From contig PNJU01000002.1 in assembly GCA_013822015.1 (NCBI GenBank), positions 128,500-192,499 on the forward strand: a DNA stretch of 64,000 nucleotides, written 5' to 3'. A program made the position numbers and the translations under genes. Below, piece after piece: positions 54,617-64,000 of this stretch. Under the pieces are notes generated by a model. That model had not been told where the DNA came from. It made no database searches and worked only from the letters and a program-made list of their open reading frames with translations. This DNA comes from Candidatus Puniceispirillum sp. Its GTDB lineage: Bacteria; Pseudomonadota; Alphaproteobacteria; Caedimonadales; UBA1908. Within the stretch, counting starts at the first letter, position 1; each line of letters starts with the position of its first letter.

Positions 54617-56368
54617 ATGAAACACTTTTTTCTTGCCCTTTCCCTTTCAGCCTCCCTTGTGGCAGCTTCCCCTTTGCTCGCCAGCGCAACTCCAGAAGCT
54701 GGACTGGAAGCTGGACTGACGGACTTTTCTGCCTATGAAGATGTCATCCATCGCTTTCCCGGCCAGTTCTTGAGCCCAGATCTTTCCCCCATCAAAGCCC
54801 TTGACGCGGTTTACAAAGACGCTTCTCTAGATGAAATTGCGCGCCTTGATAATACGCACTGCGAGGCCCTGGTTGGCACAGCGCGCTTGTGGCAAGAAAC
54901 ACTGCGCGCACATTTGTCCCCGACTGCACAGACCTTTGTGCGCGAGATCGATGAGACCATCACCTCTCAAGGCGTCACCCCCATGTGGCTGACCTATATG
55001 CCCCTGCGTTTTGCAGCAAGCATTTCACAATCCCCAAATGAAGATGAGTGCACCGCCTACAACAGCGAAATCTTCCAGGGCGAAATCTCCTACGAACAGA
55101 TTCTTTCACTTTGGCAAAACCCCAGCGCCTTTAAGGGCTACATGGACCAATACCCGCCCCTCAAAGACCTGCGCTTTTTTGCCCCCACCCATGTTCCTGA
55201 GAAAAGAGTCTTCTTACCTTTTCTTGGCTTGGTGGAACTATCACTCCATGACATCGTGTACATGAACCTGACAACTCTTGCGCCCGTGGCGATCCCATTG
55301 GAGTCCATCAAAGGCCGCGTCCACAGCATCACAAATCCAACTCCCTTGGGATTTGCCCTTCACGATATTCTCCACGGCCGCAACTCTGTTTTTTCCATAC
55401 CCACCCCAAAGGATGACAGCACTGAGCTTGCCTCCCTGCCCGAGGGAAGCAGCATCACAAGGGAGCCAAGTCCCTTTGAGGACCCAAAGACTTTGGCCCT
55501 TGCCACGGGCGCCCATGACGCGTTGATTGGCGCCTTGCGCTATCTTGCAGACAAAGCGCTGGCGCACGGTGTTGACTCACCCACCTTCCGCCAAGCCATC
55601 TTTTCCATTTTCGCCATCCACCATGAAAGCTCTCCCTGGCCCATCGAGGCGTTTATGAATCCCACCCTTGAGGGCGCACTCATCAGCTTAATCCGCCATA
55701 CCAAAGGGCTGGACGACGACGTGTATGAGCCACAAGATTTTGCGCAAACTTACTATGAAAAAGAGTTCGGCGTGGACATCTTTCAAACCTCCCCCTTCGA
55801 CGGCACAAGCCCTCTTTCCGATGAAGAGATCGCAGACACAATGACAAGGCTCACGCGCACACCTGAGTCACCGGTCGAGCTCTTTCCCCGTTCAGAGGCG
55901 GCGAAAGACAAACCCGTGCGTGCACCCCATAAGATCACTGCGTCCGCAACCTTTGTCTCAAAAGAGTCTTGGCAGAACCCAGTCACGCAGGAAACGACCT
56001 ACAGCCACATGCACATTGTCAAAAAAGGCGTTTTTACCCTCAATTATCGCATCAAAAACGCCCAAGGGACACGGTCCATGCTGAAAGCTGCGGGGATGAA
56101 AGACTTGCCAAAGCCTGTGACTTTTGAGTCTCTCCTTGCTGGGCGCAAGCCGGAGGTGATCGGTGAGAGTGACACGAGAAATGCCACACAAGAAGCGGTG
56201 CAGTATCTCAACACCCTTGGCGTAATGGCAAGTGATATTCTCGATGCCGGCACGTTGTTTGCAAGGGATGCGCTTGCTCTTGATGAAGCAGCCCCGCACC
56301 ACGCCCGTCAGGCCGCAAGCGCCGCAGCCCTGGCCAAGCATCTCGCAGCATTAGAAGAAGGCCTATAA
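54617..56368 (+). CDS. Secreted hypothetical protein (583 aa), no recognised family
   Basis: Signal MKHFFLALSLSASLVAASPLLASA. Long clean ORF. Confidence 0.6.
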   Translation: MKHFFLALSLSASLVAASPLLASATPEAGLEAGLTDFSAYEDVIHRFPGQFLSPDLSPIKALDAVYKDASLDEIARLDNTHCEALVGTARLWQETLRAHLSPTAQTFVREIDETITSQGVTPMWLTYMPLRFAASISQSPNEDECTAYNSEIFQGEISYEQILSLWQNPSAFKGYMDQYPPLKDLRFFAPTHVPEKRVFLPFLGLVELSLHDIVYMNLTTLAPVAIPLESIKGRVHSITNPTPLGFALHDILHGRNSVFSIPTPKDDSTELASLPEGSSITREPSPFEDPKTLALATGAHDALIGALRYLADKALAHGVDSPTFRQAIFSIFAIHHESSPWPIEAFMNPTLEGALISLIRHTKGLDDDVYEPQDFAQTYYEKEFGVDIFQTSPFDGTSPLSDEEIADTMTRLTRTPESPVELFPRSEAAKDKPVRAPHKITASATFVSKESWQNPVTQETTYSHMHIVKKGVFTLNYRIKNAQGTRSMLKAAGMKDLPKPVTFESLLAGRKPEVIGESDTRNATQEAVQYLNTLGVMASDILDAGTLFARDALALDEAAPHHARQAASAAALAKHLAALEEGL

Positions 56369-56377
56369 CCCCCACCT

Positions 56378-56408
56378 CCCCCAGGCCCGGCCTGGGGGTT
56401 CTTCCTTC
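56378..56408 (+). terminator. Putative rho-independent terminator
   Basis: CCCCCAGG-CCCGG-CCTGGGGG followed by TTCTTCCTT. Confidence 0.5.
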
Positions 56409-56488
56409 ACAGAACACACACCTTAGCTTTTCCTTAACGCCTTGGGGCGTAGTATGAAAGTAGGAAGAGCTTTTTCATGGAGGTTGTC

Positions 56489-57028
56489 ATGGGCAACTTT
56501 GTGCGTGTGTGTCATATTCTCTTATGTATGTCGGTGGCGTCTGTGGCAGGGGCGTCCTCATCTTCTTCAAACGAAAAAGACCTCAAGCCCACGGAACCCC
56601 ACAAGCACCGCGTTCTTGCAAGTGCGTATGTTCAGTACCTTCCTCCAAGGGTCATTGTGGATCGTCTCCATAAAGGAACTTATGATTTTGCAAAAGGGCC
56701 TTTGGCAGGCGCCAATCTCAATAAACAGGATTTGTCGGGCGTCAACCTTGCAAAGACCGACTTGCGCCACATAAAGTTGGCCTGGGCAACCTTGAAGGAC
56801 GCTAAGCTTGATGGTGCCAACCTTGAAGGCGCGCAGCTTTATCATGCTAACTTTAAGGGCGCCAACCTCAGAGGCGCAAATCTCAAAGATGCCCAAACCT
56901 GGGGTGCGAACTTTTCAGGCGCGGATCTTTCAGGGGCCATCGTGTCTGAAATCCACTTTAACCATGCCGTGACTGACGAAAACACAAAGAAGGTTGGGTT
57001 GATCATTATCCCGGCCAAATCGCATTGA
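56489..57028 (+). CDS. Secreted pentapeptide-repeat protein
   Basis: ATG at 56489 with GGAGG 5 nt upstream. Signal MGNFVRVCHILLCMSVASVAGA. Tandem A(D/N)L-type pentapeptides follow (ANLNKQDLSGVNLAKTDL...GANLEGAQLYHANFKGANLRGANLKDAQTWGANFSGADLSGA). Confidence 0.85.
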   Translation: MGNFVRVCHILLCMSVASVAGASSSSSNEKDLKPTEPHKHRVLASAYVQYLPPRVIVDRLHKGTYDFAKGPLAGANLNKQDLSGVNLAKTDLRHIKLAWATLKDAKLDGANLEGAQLYHANFKGANLRGANLKDAQTWGANFSGADLSGAIVSEIHFNHAVTDENTKKVGLIIIPAKSH

Positions 57029-57077
57029 CACATTGTTAATAAAGTCATAACGTTCCTTGTCACAATAGTGGAGGAAC

Positions 57078-58034
57078 ATGATGACATTTAAGCGTATTCT
57101 GACAAAGAAAACGGCTCTTGCACTTGTGCTTTTAGCCCCAGGTGCCTTAGCAACGGCAACCTGTGACACCATCGCCGTGGTGGAGAAAGAAGACTTCGAA
57201 ACACGTGTTGCACGCAGGTGGGATGATGCTGAGCGTATCTACCACCAATTTCTAGACAAGGTCGCGTTCCAGGTAAATATCTGTGAGGAAAACTCCGCAA
57301 AGGAAGAGCTCATTAGTCGCCCCGTTAACGTGACGTATCTTCAGACGCTTACATCCATAGACGACTTCAACGCAGATGAGGCGGTTGAGGATGTAGGATC
57401 ACACCCCATTGTATATATGAATAAGCAAAAACAAGGGCGCATCAACTACAATAAATTTACGCCCATCGCCTTGGCCGTGGCCATGTCACGGGCGGACCTT
57501 GTAGAGGCGTGGCTGCCTTTTATACCTGACGTAAACGATCATAAGCTCACTGGCTGGGGCTACCGCCAGCCTTATACGCTGGCCCACTTTGCCGTTGAAC
57601 CCCATCCATGGCGTGAACGTCCCCTTAACTTACAGGCAGCGCGCCAGGTCATTGACCTCCTCGCCGCAAAAGGCTTAGACTTCCAAAACTACGTCAACCA
57701 TGATCAGCTGGGTATCTACACCGGGCTTCCCTTGGGGGCCGGGAACCATCGACCCCACACCTTGGATCCCTTGACCATCCGTGCTCTTTTGTACGGCGCT
57801 GATCCAAACGCACCAGGCACAAGCTGTCACGGGACAGGAAGACGTTTGCAAAAAGAACCTCACTGGTACTGGGACGATGACTTTGCCCAGAAGCTTTACA
57901 CAGACGCAAAAAAACTCGTCAAAGGCAAGAAACCCATACGGCCGGTTGCGCTCGTTACCAACACCCTAGAGGAGCAACGCGTTGAGGAGCTTGCGCTCTT
58001 GCAATCCTTCTCCTTCTTGACCGTACAGGACTAG
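57078..58034 (+). CDS. Secreted protein with degenerate ankyrin-like repeats
   Basis: Signal KKTALALVLLAPGALATA. ANK-like units TPIALAVAMSRADLVEAWLPFIPDVND, TLAHFAV...VIDLLAAKGLDF, LTIRALLYGADPNA. The start may be 57081. Confidence 0.55.
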   Translation: MMTFKRILTKKTALALVLLAPGALATATCDTIAVVEKEDFETRVARRWDDAERIYHQFLDKVAFQVNICEENSAKEELISRPVNVTYLQTLTSIDDFNADEAVEDVGSHPIVYMNKQKQGRINYNKFTPIALAVAMSRADLVEAWLPFIPDVNDHKLTGWGYRQPYTLAHFAVEPHPWRERPLNLQAARQVIDLLAAKGLDFQNYVNHDQLGIYTGLPLGAGNHRPHTLDPLTIRALLYGADPNAPGTSCHGTGRRLQKEPHWYWDDDFAQKLYTDAKKLVKGKKPIRPVALVTNTLEEQRVEELALLQSFSFLTVQD

Positions 58035-58140
58035 CCCTTCCTAACACCTTCAAGGGAAAGGGGTGTCCCCATCCCTTTTCCTTGAATCCTTTCCTGCCAC
58101 GCGTTACCATATAAGAAAAGATAAAGACACGGAGGTCGCG

Positions 58141-59049
58141 ATGATTGAAGATACCTACTATGGCCTGTCGGCTGAAGGATTTCATAAGGTTTACTACCGC
58201 ACTTATGGCGAAGCGCACATGGAGGACACTCTCTTTTGTGTCCATGGCCTGACGCGAAACTCCGCGGACTTTCATTTCCTGGCACAGGCCCTTGAGAATA
58301 AATTCCGCGTGGTGTGCCCCGACGTTGTGGGACGCGGCAAAAGTGCGCGCTTTCAACAAGCAAGGCACTATTCCTATCATCAATATCTTTCGGACATGAA
58401 CGTCTTGATGCAGCGCCTGCGTGTGCCCCATGTGGATTGGCTTGGCACCTCCATGGGTGGACTATTCGGCATTGTACTGGCAAGCCTTCCCGAGGCGCCC
58501 ATTCGCCGGCTGATCCTCAATGACATTGGTCCCTTTGTGCCAGCAACGGCCGTGGATCGCCTGAAGACCTATGCGGGCATTCCCATGGAATTCAAAGACA
58601 TGCATGAGGCAGACGCCTTCTTGCGTGTGGCGTACGCCCCCTTTGGCCCCATGTCAGCGGAGGCGTGGCAGTATTTCTTGGAGCACAGCCTGCGCGCAAC
58701 AAATGCGGGAACACTGACCCTGGACTATGACATTCGCGCCACCGCCGCTGTGGAAGGCGACAACCAGGACGCCCTCGCCCTTGGGGAAGACCCTGAAGGC
58801 AACGTCACCTTCTGGCGCTTTTGGGACAACATCAAGTGCCCAGTTTTGCTGCTCCACGGCAAACACTCAGATCTCGTGCCCCAGCGCGTTATCGATGAAA
58901 TGCGCATGCGTGGTCCAAGCTTTGATTTGGTACAATTTGAAGATGCAGGACATGCGCCGTCCCTGACACAACCCGACCAGATTCAAGCCGTTAAAGACTG
59001 GCTTGAAAAGACAGATCCCATTGTGCGCACCCTATCTTGCCAGAAGTAA
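58141..59049 (+). CDS. Alpha/beta-fold hydrolase
   Basis: Internal ATG. LFCVHGLTRNSADF, nucleophile elbow GTSMGG, LLLHGKHSDLVP, and a C-terminal GHAP. Confidence 0.8.
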   Translation: MIEDTYYGLSAEGFHKVYYRTYGEAHMEDTLFCVHGLTRNSADFHFLAQALENKFRVVCPDVVGRGKSARFQQARHYSYHQYLSDMNVLMQRLRVPHVDWLGTSMGGLFGIVLASLPEAPIRRLILNDIGPFVPATAVDRLKTYAGIPMEFKDMHEADAFLRVAYAPFGPMSAEAWQYFLEHSLRATNAGTLTLDYDIRATAAVEGDNQDALALGEDPEGNVTFWRFWDNIKCPVLLLHGKHSDLVPQRVIDEMRMRGPSFDLVQFEDAGHAPSLTQPDQIQAVKDWLEKTDPIVRTLSCQK

Positions 59050-59062
59050 TGAAAGATCTATG

Positions 59063-59090
59063 AAAAAGGCGCGTGGCCACGCGCCTTTTT
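59063..59090. terminator. Bidirectional rho-independent terminator
   Basis: Perfect dyad AAAAAGGCGCGTGGCCACGCGCCTTTTT between the convergent hydrolase and ispB genes. Confidence 0.75.
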
Positions 59091-60101
59091 CTAATTTTGC
59101 CGCAGTAAACTAAAATGGACAGTTTCCTCGAGAGCCGCCTTGGCGGGAGAGTCTTGAAACACGCTCAGTGCGCCCAGCGCTTCCTGCCCGTAGCCCTTTG
59201 CTATGCGATGGGCTTCATCAAAGGCGTTGTATTTGGACAGAAGTGACAGAACCTTAGGAAGGTGCTCTTTTTGATCCGCACCCGCGTCATAGACGTCGCG
59301 CCAGAATTGCTGCTCGGACGTACTCCCCTTTTCATAGGCCAGGACTACTGGCAGTGTTACTTTACGCTCAAGAAGATCGCCGCCCACAGCCTTGCCAAAG
59401 GACGCATCACCACCTTGGTAATCCAGAATATCGTCAATAATTTGAAAGCAAACACCCAGAGCGCGCCCGTAGGTGAGAAGCCCTTGCTTTTGAACCGTGT
59501 CAACACCTGCAAGGATACCCGCAACACCCGTGGCCGCCTCAAAAAGTGGCGCCGTTTTTGCGGACATAATGTCGACGCATCCTTGGCGCGTCACGCTTAG
59601 ATCCCCTGTCATGCTCAGTTGCAAAACCTCACCCTCCGACAGGCGCACAGACGTTGCTGAAAGGAGTGCCAGTACCTCTAAACTCCCTTGTGCGACCATT
59701 AGCTCAAAGGCGCGCGCAAAAAGGAAGTCACCCACAAGGACGCTGGCCTTATTACCCCATACCGCATTGGCCGTGGGGCGGCCTCGGCGCAATAGACTCT
59801 CATCAATGACGTCATCGTGCAGAAGGGTCGCGGCGTGGATAAACTCCACACACGCGGCAAGCTGGGCCGCGTCCTCTAGTGGCGCTCCACACATGTGGCT
59901 AGCGGCCAGGGTCAGCATGGGTCGCAGCCTCTTGCCCCCTGCCACCATAAGGTGGGTTCCAAGCTCGGGAATAAGTGGGACAGAGCTTGCAAGCGCTCGC
60001 TGCATCACCTCATTCACCCGCCCCATGTCTTTGTTTACAAGCTGTTGTAACGACGCCAAAGATGGCGTTTGTATTTCTACCTGCAATGCACTTTGTGTCA
60101 C
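59091..60101 (-). CDS. ispB: Long-chain polyprenyl diphosphate synthase (IspB-type)
   Basis: GGKRLRP, first DDxxD block LLHDDVIDES..RRG, second block FQIIDDILDY. GTG start. Confidence 0.85.
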   Translation of the reverse strand: MTQSALQVEIQTPSLASLQQLVNKDMGRVNEVMQRALASSVPLIPELGTHLMVAGGKRLRPMLTLAASHMCGAPLEDAAQLAACVEFIHAATLLHDDVIDESLLRRGRPTANAVWGNKASVLVGDFLFARAFELMVAQGSLEVLALLSATSVRLSEGEVLQLSMTGDLSVTRQGCVDIMSAKTAPLFEAATGVAGILAGVDTVQKQGLLTYGRALGVCFQIIDDILDYQGGDASFGKAVGGDLLERKVTLPVVLAYEKGSTSEQQFWRDVYDAGADQKEHLPKVLSLLSKYNAFDEAHRIAKGYGQEALGALSVFQDSPAKAALEETVHFSLLRQN

Positions 60102-60165
60102 ACGTATGCCTTTTTCCTCATGTCCGTGTTCAAACTATGCCCGAAATATGGGCAAAAGGGAATCC

Positions 60166-61935
60166 TTAGGCTTCATTATCCTCAAGCAGAGCAAAGGAAT
60201 TTCCCGCCTTTGCTTGCACACATAAGGACCCTGCATTAAGGCACTGTCTGGAAGGAAGTGAAACATCGGGATTCATGACAAGATCAGGGTTCATACGATC
60301 CCACCAAAAGGCTCTTGCCTTGGGCACGGGACCGTTATTCCTGACATCAAAAAACGCAAGGGGCCGTAAGCGAATAAGTGTGGCAATCGTCTCCCAAGAG
60401 GTTCCCGTTTTAGAAAGGCTCAGGCTTCTCAATTTTGGCAGGCAAGAGGCGTCCTCCAAAAGATTCGCACGTCCGTCAAGATGATTGCTGCTTAAGTTCA
60501 ACGTCTCAACTTGGGGGAAAGCACCAGCTGAAACAAGCGCCTCAAGATGCGGCGCCGTCATTTGTGTTTTAGAGAGTGTGAGCATTTTAAGTGCGCTGGC
60601 AAAGGCAAGTGTCGACAGGCCTATCACACGGTCCTGCAATGCGTTTCCATCAAGGCGCAGCTCTGTTAGCTCCAAGCAAGCCTCATGGGACAGGCATGCG
60701 AGATCACGCATGCGCGCATGTCGCGCATCGAGCCGCCTCATGGCCCCGGTCGGCGCCATACTTAAAAGCGCATCCACCCCCTCTTCACCAAGATCATTGC
60801 GACTCAGGTTCAGATGCGTAAGCCCAGGACACGCGCCGATGGTACGTAGAAGCAAGGCACTTGATTCAGCTGTAAGATCGTTGTGTGAGACATCAAGGGA
60901 GGCAAGTCGCGGCAAAAGAGGTTCTGCGCGTCGTTGGAATAAGTCCCTCTCTAGCGCTGTAAAAAGACTTCCCCCCTCATCATCTTCATCTACGTGTGGT
61001 GTTTGTGATACCGCCCTTTGAAGATGAACCGCCTTGGAAAGCGAGTTCTGGGATAGATCCAGCGTCTCAAGGGTCTGCGTGCACGTAAGGGATGAAATTT
61101 GGCCTACAAAGTCACCGTCTAAACAGTTATTTGACAGGTCGACGTGTCGCAGATGTTTTAAGGCTGGCAGGGTAAGTATCTTAAGGGCCTCATTTGTTTT
61201 AAGATTTCCACCTGTCAGACAAAGAGTCGTGAGGGCTTTGACCTGGGGCAAATAGGCCTCAAGAACCTGGATGGGCATGGAGCGTGACGCGCGGTCCCAT
61301 CGCAGCACCTCCAGATGAGGATGCAACGCTCGCGCTAAGTTCTCATCTGCCCGCACGCGCAGCTTAAGAGGGGCACTCTGACTTGGGTATCTACCCAGCA
61401 TGGTAATCTCTTTTACTTTTTGCTGTACCCCTTGGGGGCCTGAGATAAACTGGGCTCCTCCCATCTCATCTCGCGTGAAAAGTGCGCTTCCTTGACGTTT
61501 GCCCGTAAATCGCACACTGGCCTTGACGCTGAAATCATATCCCACCAATGAGCTGCGCCAGCTCTTGCAAACGTGCATCATAGTGAAAAGGGCGTGCGGG
61601 TCCAGGAACGAGGCCACGTGGAAGAGTATTTCCGTTGGAAGCTCTAAAATATCGAACTGTTTTGCCTCCAACGGCATACTGTTCACCCTGCCGCGACGCT
61701 CTTTCCTGTGGACTGATCCTTTGTGCGACGACGCGGGTGCCAGCAAACTTGTACTACGCCCTTGGCGAACGCGTCTCATATCCTTTGCTCTAACAGGCGT
61801 TCGCAAAGCTTCGGCAGACGCGTTGTCAGCATTTTCTTGGACGCATGAGGCCTGGACATCTTGGGGTGAAAGAAAAACAGATAACGGTGTGAGCAGAGCG
61901 AATGTTGTAAGAGCCGCGTAAAAAGACTTTGTCAT
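60166..61935 (-). CDS. Secreted F-box plus leucine-rich-repeat (RNI-like) protein
   Basis: ATG at 61935. Signal MTKSFYAALTTFALLTPLSVFLSPQDVQA. F-box LELPTEILFHVASFLDPHALFTMMHVCKSWRSSL (nt approx 61537-61653). More than 10 LRR units follow (LRHVDLSNNCL, LETLDLSQNSL, LASLDVSHNDL, LTHLNLSRNDL, LTELRLDGNAL, VETLNLSSNHL...). Confidence 0.85.
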   Translation of the reverse strand: MTKSFYAALTTFALLTPLSVFLSPQDVQASCVQENADNASAEALRTPVRAKDMRRVRQGRSTSLLAPASSHKGSVHRKERRGRVNSMPLEAKQFDILELPTEILFHVASFLDPHALFTMMHVCKSWRSSLVGYDFSVKASVRFTGKRQGSALFTRDEMGGAQFISGPQGVQQKVKEITMLGRYPSQSAPLKLRVRADENLARALHPHLEVLRWDRASRSMPIQVLEAYLPQVKALTTLCLTGGNLKTNEALKILTLPALKHLRHVDLSNNCLDGDFVGQISSLTCTQTLETLDLSQNSLSKAVHLQRAVSQTPHVDEDDEGGSLFTALERDLFQRRAEPLLPRLASLDVSHNDLTAESSALLLRTIGACPGLTHLNLSRNDLGEEGVDALLSMAPTGAMRRLDARHARMRDLACLSHEACLELTELRLDGNALQDRVIGLSTLAFASALKMLTLSKTQMTAPHLEALVSAGAFPQVETLNLSSNHLDGRANLLEDASCLPKLRSLSLSKTGTSWETIATLIRLRPLAFFDVRNNGPVPKARAFWWDRMNPDLVMNPDVSLPSRQCLNAGSLCVQAKAGNSFALLEDNEA

Positions 61936-62024
61936 GAGCAATAAGCACCAAACTTTTTACACGGCACACTACCATGGATAGCCCCTCGTCAACAGAGTCT
62001 TTTTTTTCGGGTCAGCAAACAGAT

Positions 62025-62051
62025 AAAGCACCCATGAAACATGGGTGCTTT
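62025..62051 (-). terminator. Putative terminator downstream of lon
   Basis: Dyad AAAGCACCCATG-N3-CATGGGTGCTTT. Confidence 0.55.
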
Positions 62052-62073
62052 CGTCTATGGTTTTACATATTTT

Positions 62074-64000
62074 TTAGCTGTGCAGCTCAGGGGGCTCCTG
62101 GGTTGCCGCCGCTGTGACAGGTGGCAAGTCAACTAAGGGGGCTGTGGGGCGCACAAGGGACTTGGCCAGAACCTCTTCCACGCTTGACACAGGAATGATC
62201 TCCAAGCCTTCCGTCACATTGGCGGGAATGTCTGGCAGATCCTTGCGGTTATCCTCAGGAATCAGAACGCGCTTAATGCCGCCGCGGTGGGCCGCAAGGA
62301 GTTTTTCTTTAAGACCACCAATGGCCAAAACGCGCCCGCGCAGGGTCACCTCACCAGTCATGGCCACGTCCTTGCGTACCGCAATCCCCGTCAAAAGAGA
62401 CACAATGGTTGTACACATGGCAATACCCGCCGATGGGCCGTCCTTGGGGATGGCGCCTTCCGGCACGTGCACGTGGATATCATTTTTCTCAAAGATTGCC
62501 GGGTCAATGCCATAGTGGCGCGCACGCGAGCGGACGTAGCTGGCCGCCGCCTGCACAGACTCCTGCATCACCTCACCCAGCTTACCTGTAATTTTCATCT
62601 TTCCCTGACCAGGAATCAGAACAGCCTCGATGGTGAGAAGCTCGCCCCCGACCTCAGTCCAGGCAAGGCCTGTGGTCGCCCCGATTTGGTCCTCTTTTTC
62701 TGAAACACCAAAGCGGAAGCGTGGAATGCCTGCGTATTTTTCGAGGTTGCTCTCATCCACAACCAAATGATCAATGCTTGAGGTCATGATCTCCTTAGTG
62801 GCTTTGCGCAGAAGATTCGCCACCTCACGCTCGAGGTTACGCACACCAGACTCACGGGTGTAAAGACGCACAAGCTGGCGCAGGGCGTCATCCGTAATGC
62901 GCCACTCACTTTCCTTCAAGCCATGGGCCTTGAGTTGTTTTGGAATCAAGTGCTGACGCGCAATCTCAAGCTTTTCGTCTTCCGTATAGCCAGACAAGCG
63001 AATGATTTCCATGCGGTCCAATAGAGGCTGAGGCATATCAAGGCTATTGGCCGTTGTCACAAAAAGCACGTCCGACAGATCATAATCCACCTCTAAGTAG
63101 TGATCATTGAAGGTCGCATTTTGTTCCGGGTCCAAAACCTCCAGAAGGGCTGAGGTGGGATCACCACGCCAATCAGCACCCAGCTTATCAATTTCATCAA
63201 GAAGAAACAGCGGGTTTGAGCTTTTAGCCTTCTTCATGCCCTGGATCACTTTACCGGGCATGGAGCCAATGTAGGTCCGCCTATGGCCACGAATTTCAGC
63301 CTCATCGCGCACCCCTCCCAGGGCCATGCGCACAAAACTACGCCCTGTCGCCTTGGCAATGGACTGCCCCAGGGACGTCTTACCCACACCTGGAGGGCCA
63401 ACAAGACACAAGATAGGCCCCTTCACCTGGCCAACGCGCGCCTGGACCGCGAGATACTCTAGAATGCGCTCTTTCACCTTCTTCAGGCCATAGTGGTCCT
63501 TATCAAGAATCTTTTCAGCCGCATTAATGTCTTTCTTAACCTTGGTGGGCTTCTTCCAGGGAATATCCAGGAGCCATTCCAGGTAGTTGCGCACAACGGT
63601 CGCTTCCGAGGACATGGGGTTCATGGCACGCAGCTTTTTCAGCTCGGACACTGCCTTTTCACGCCCTTCCTTGGAAAGCTTTGTCTTGGCAATACGCTCC
63701 TCAAGCTGTGCAATTTCGTCAAGGCCGCCCTCTTCACCTTCACCAAGCTCCTTCTGAATGGCCTTCATTTGCTCATTCAAATAATACTCGCGCTGGGATT
63801 TTTCCATCTGACGCTTCACACGCCCACGAATACGCTTTTCCGTTTGAAGAATGGTGATCTCACCCTCCATGTGGGCGCATACGCGCTCTAAGCGGTCGTT
63901 CACATTGGAGACCTCTAGGATGTCCTGCTTTTCGCTGACACGGATGGCCAGGTGGGAGGCCAGGGTGTCCGCAAGCTTTTCAGGCTGGTCAATCTTTGAG
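62074..64000 (-). CDS. lon: ATP-dependent Lon protease, C-terminal approx 640 aa; the gene continues beyond the right window edge
   Basis: [58 protein letters not shown], protease domain [11 protein letters not shown]. The reading frame stays open from 63903 to 64000 ([32 protein letters not shown]...). Confidence 0.95.
   Translation of the reverse strand, partial: SKIDQPEKLADTLASHLAIRVSEKQDILEVSNVNDRLERVCAHMEGEITILQTEKRIRGRVKRQMEKSQREYYLNEQMKAIQKELGEGEEGGLDEIAQLEERIAKTKLSKEGREKAVSELKKLRAMNPMSSEATVVRNYLEWLLDIPWKKPTKVKKDINAAEKILDKDHYGLKKVKERILEYLAVQARVGQVKGPILCLVGPPGVGKTSLGQSIAKATGRSFVRMALGGVRDEAEIRGHRRTYIGSMPGKVIQGMKKAKSSNPLFLLDEIDKLGADWRGDPTSALLEVLDPEQNATFNDHYLEVDYDLSDVLFVTTANSLDMPQPLLDRMEIIRLSGYTEDEKLEIARQHLIPKQLKAHGLKESEWRITDDALRQLVRLYTRESGVRNLEREVANLLRKATKEIMTSSIDHLVVDESNLEKYAGIPRFRFGVSEKEDQIGATTGLAWTEVGGELLTIEAVLIPGQGKMKITGKLGEVMQESVQAAASYVRSRARHYGIDPAIFEKNDIHVHVPEGAIPKDGPSAGIAMCTTIVSLLTGIAVRKDVAMTGEVTLRGRVLAIGGLKEKLLAAHRGGIKRVLIPEDNRKDLPDIPANVTEGLEIIPVSSVEEVLAKSLVRPTAPLVDLPPVTAAATQEPPELHS

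Noticed and set aside
54690-54716. Tandem 12 bp repeat GAAGCTGGACTG x2
   Set aside because: It simply encodes EAGLEAGL inside the 583-aa ORF. Too short to be meaningful.
59497-60225. 242-aa plus-strand ORF
   Set aside because: Antisense to ispB. The translation is Ser/Arg/Ala-rich and featureless.

Overview
This is a 64 kb chromosomal segment that looks alphaproteobacterial. Supporting markers are TrcR/DUF1013, DUF3572, DUF2125, an LDH-type mdh, and a dnaB-alr-mlaEF-radA-cvpA block. All protein calls come from reading the supplied translations for family motifs. No searches were run. I checked start codons, RNAs and repeats by hand on the sequence. Housekeeping blocks (nusB, fba, mdh, ftsEX, ppa, radA, alr, dnaB, glnA, ispB, lon) alternate with many proteins that carry Sec-type signal peptides and eukaryote-like domains: F-box/LRR, ankyrin, pentapeptide, TPR and NB-ARC. 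That mix is typical of protist-associated or intracellular bacteria. RNA features are 3 tRNAs, one decayed tRNA 3' fragment, and a cobalamin riboswitch upstream of a TonB-dependent receptor that runs off the left edge. The most unusual locus is 13.9-23.3 kb. It holds an isolated three-gene type VI secretion module in which TssB and TssC are fused into one 631-aa sheath ORF, followed by a divergent Hcp-like gene and tssE. A roughly 445 bp extremely AT-rich region precedes the module. Divergent from it is a secreted TPR protein with a C-terminal YoeB/RelE-like toxin domain and a KKKRK tail. Two tandem paralogous secreted proteins of unknown family and an ankyrin protein lie downstream. Other notable items: a 107 bp palindromic MITE/RPE-like element in two copies (one supplies a stop codon to an ORF); an overlapping gene pair of a degenerate histidine-kinase-like membrane protein and an NB-ARC/TPR STAND NTPase; a YbaK-AlaX-DUF2000 cluster with a duplicated operator; an MCP-PilZ fusion; and a small AT-rich islet between tRNA-Thr and a copy of its 3' end. 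I saw no CRISPR array, rRNA, integrase or transposase.
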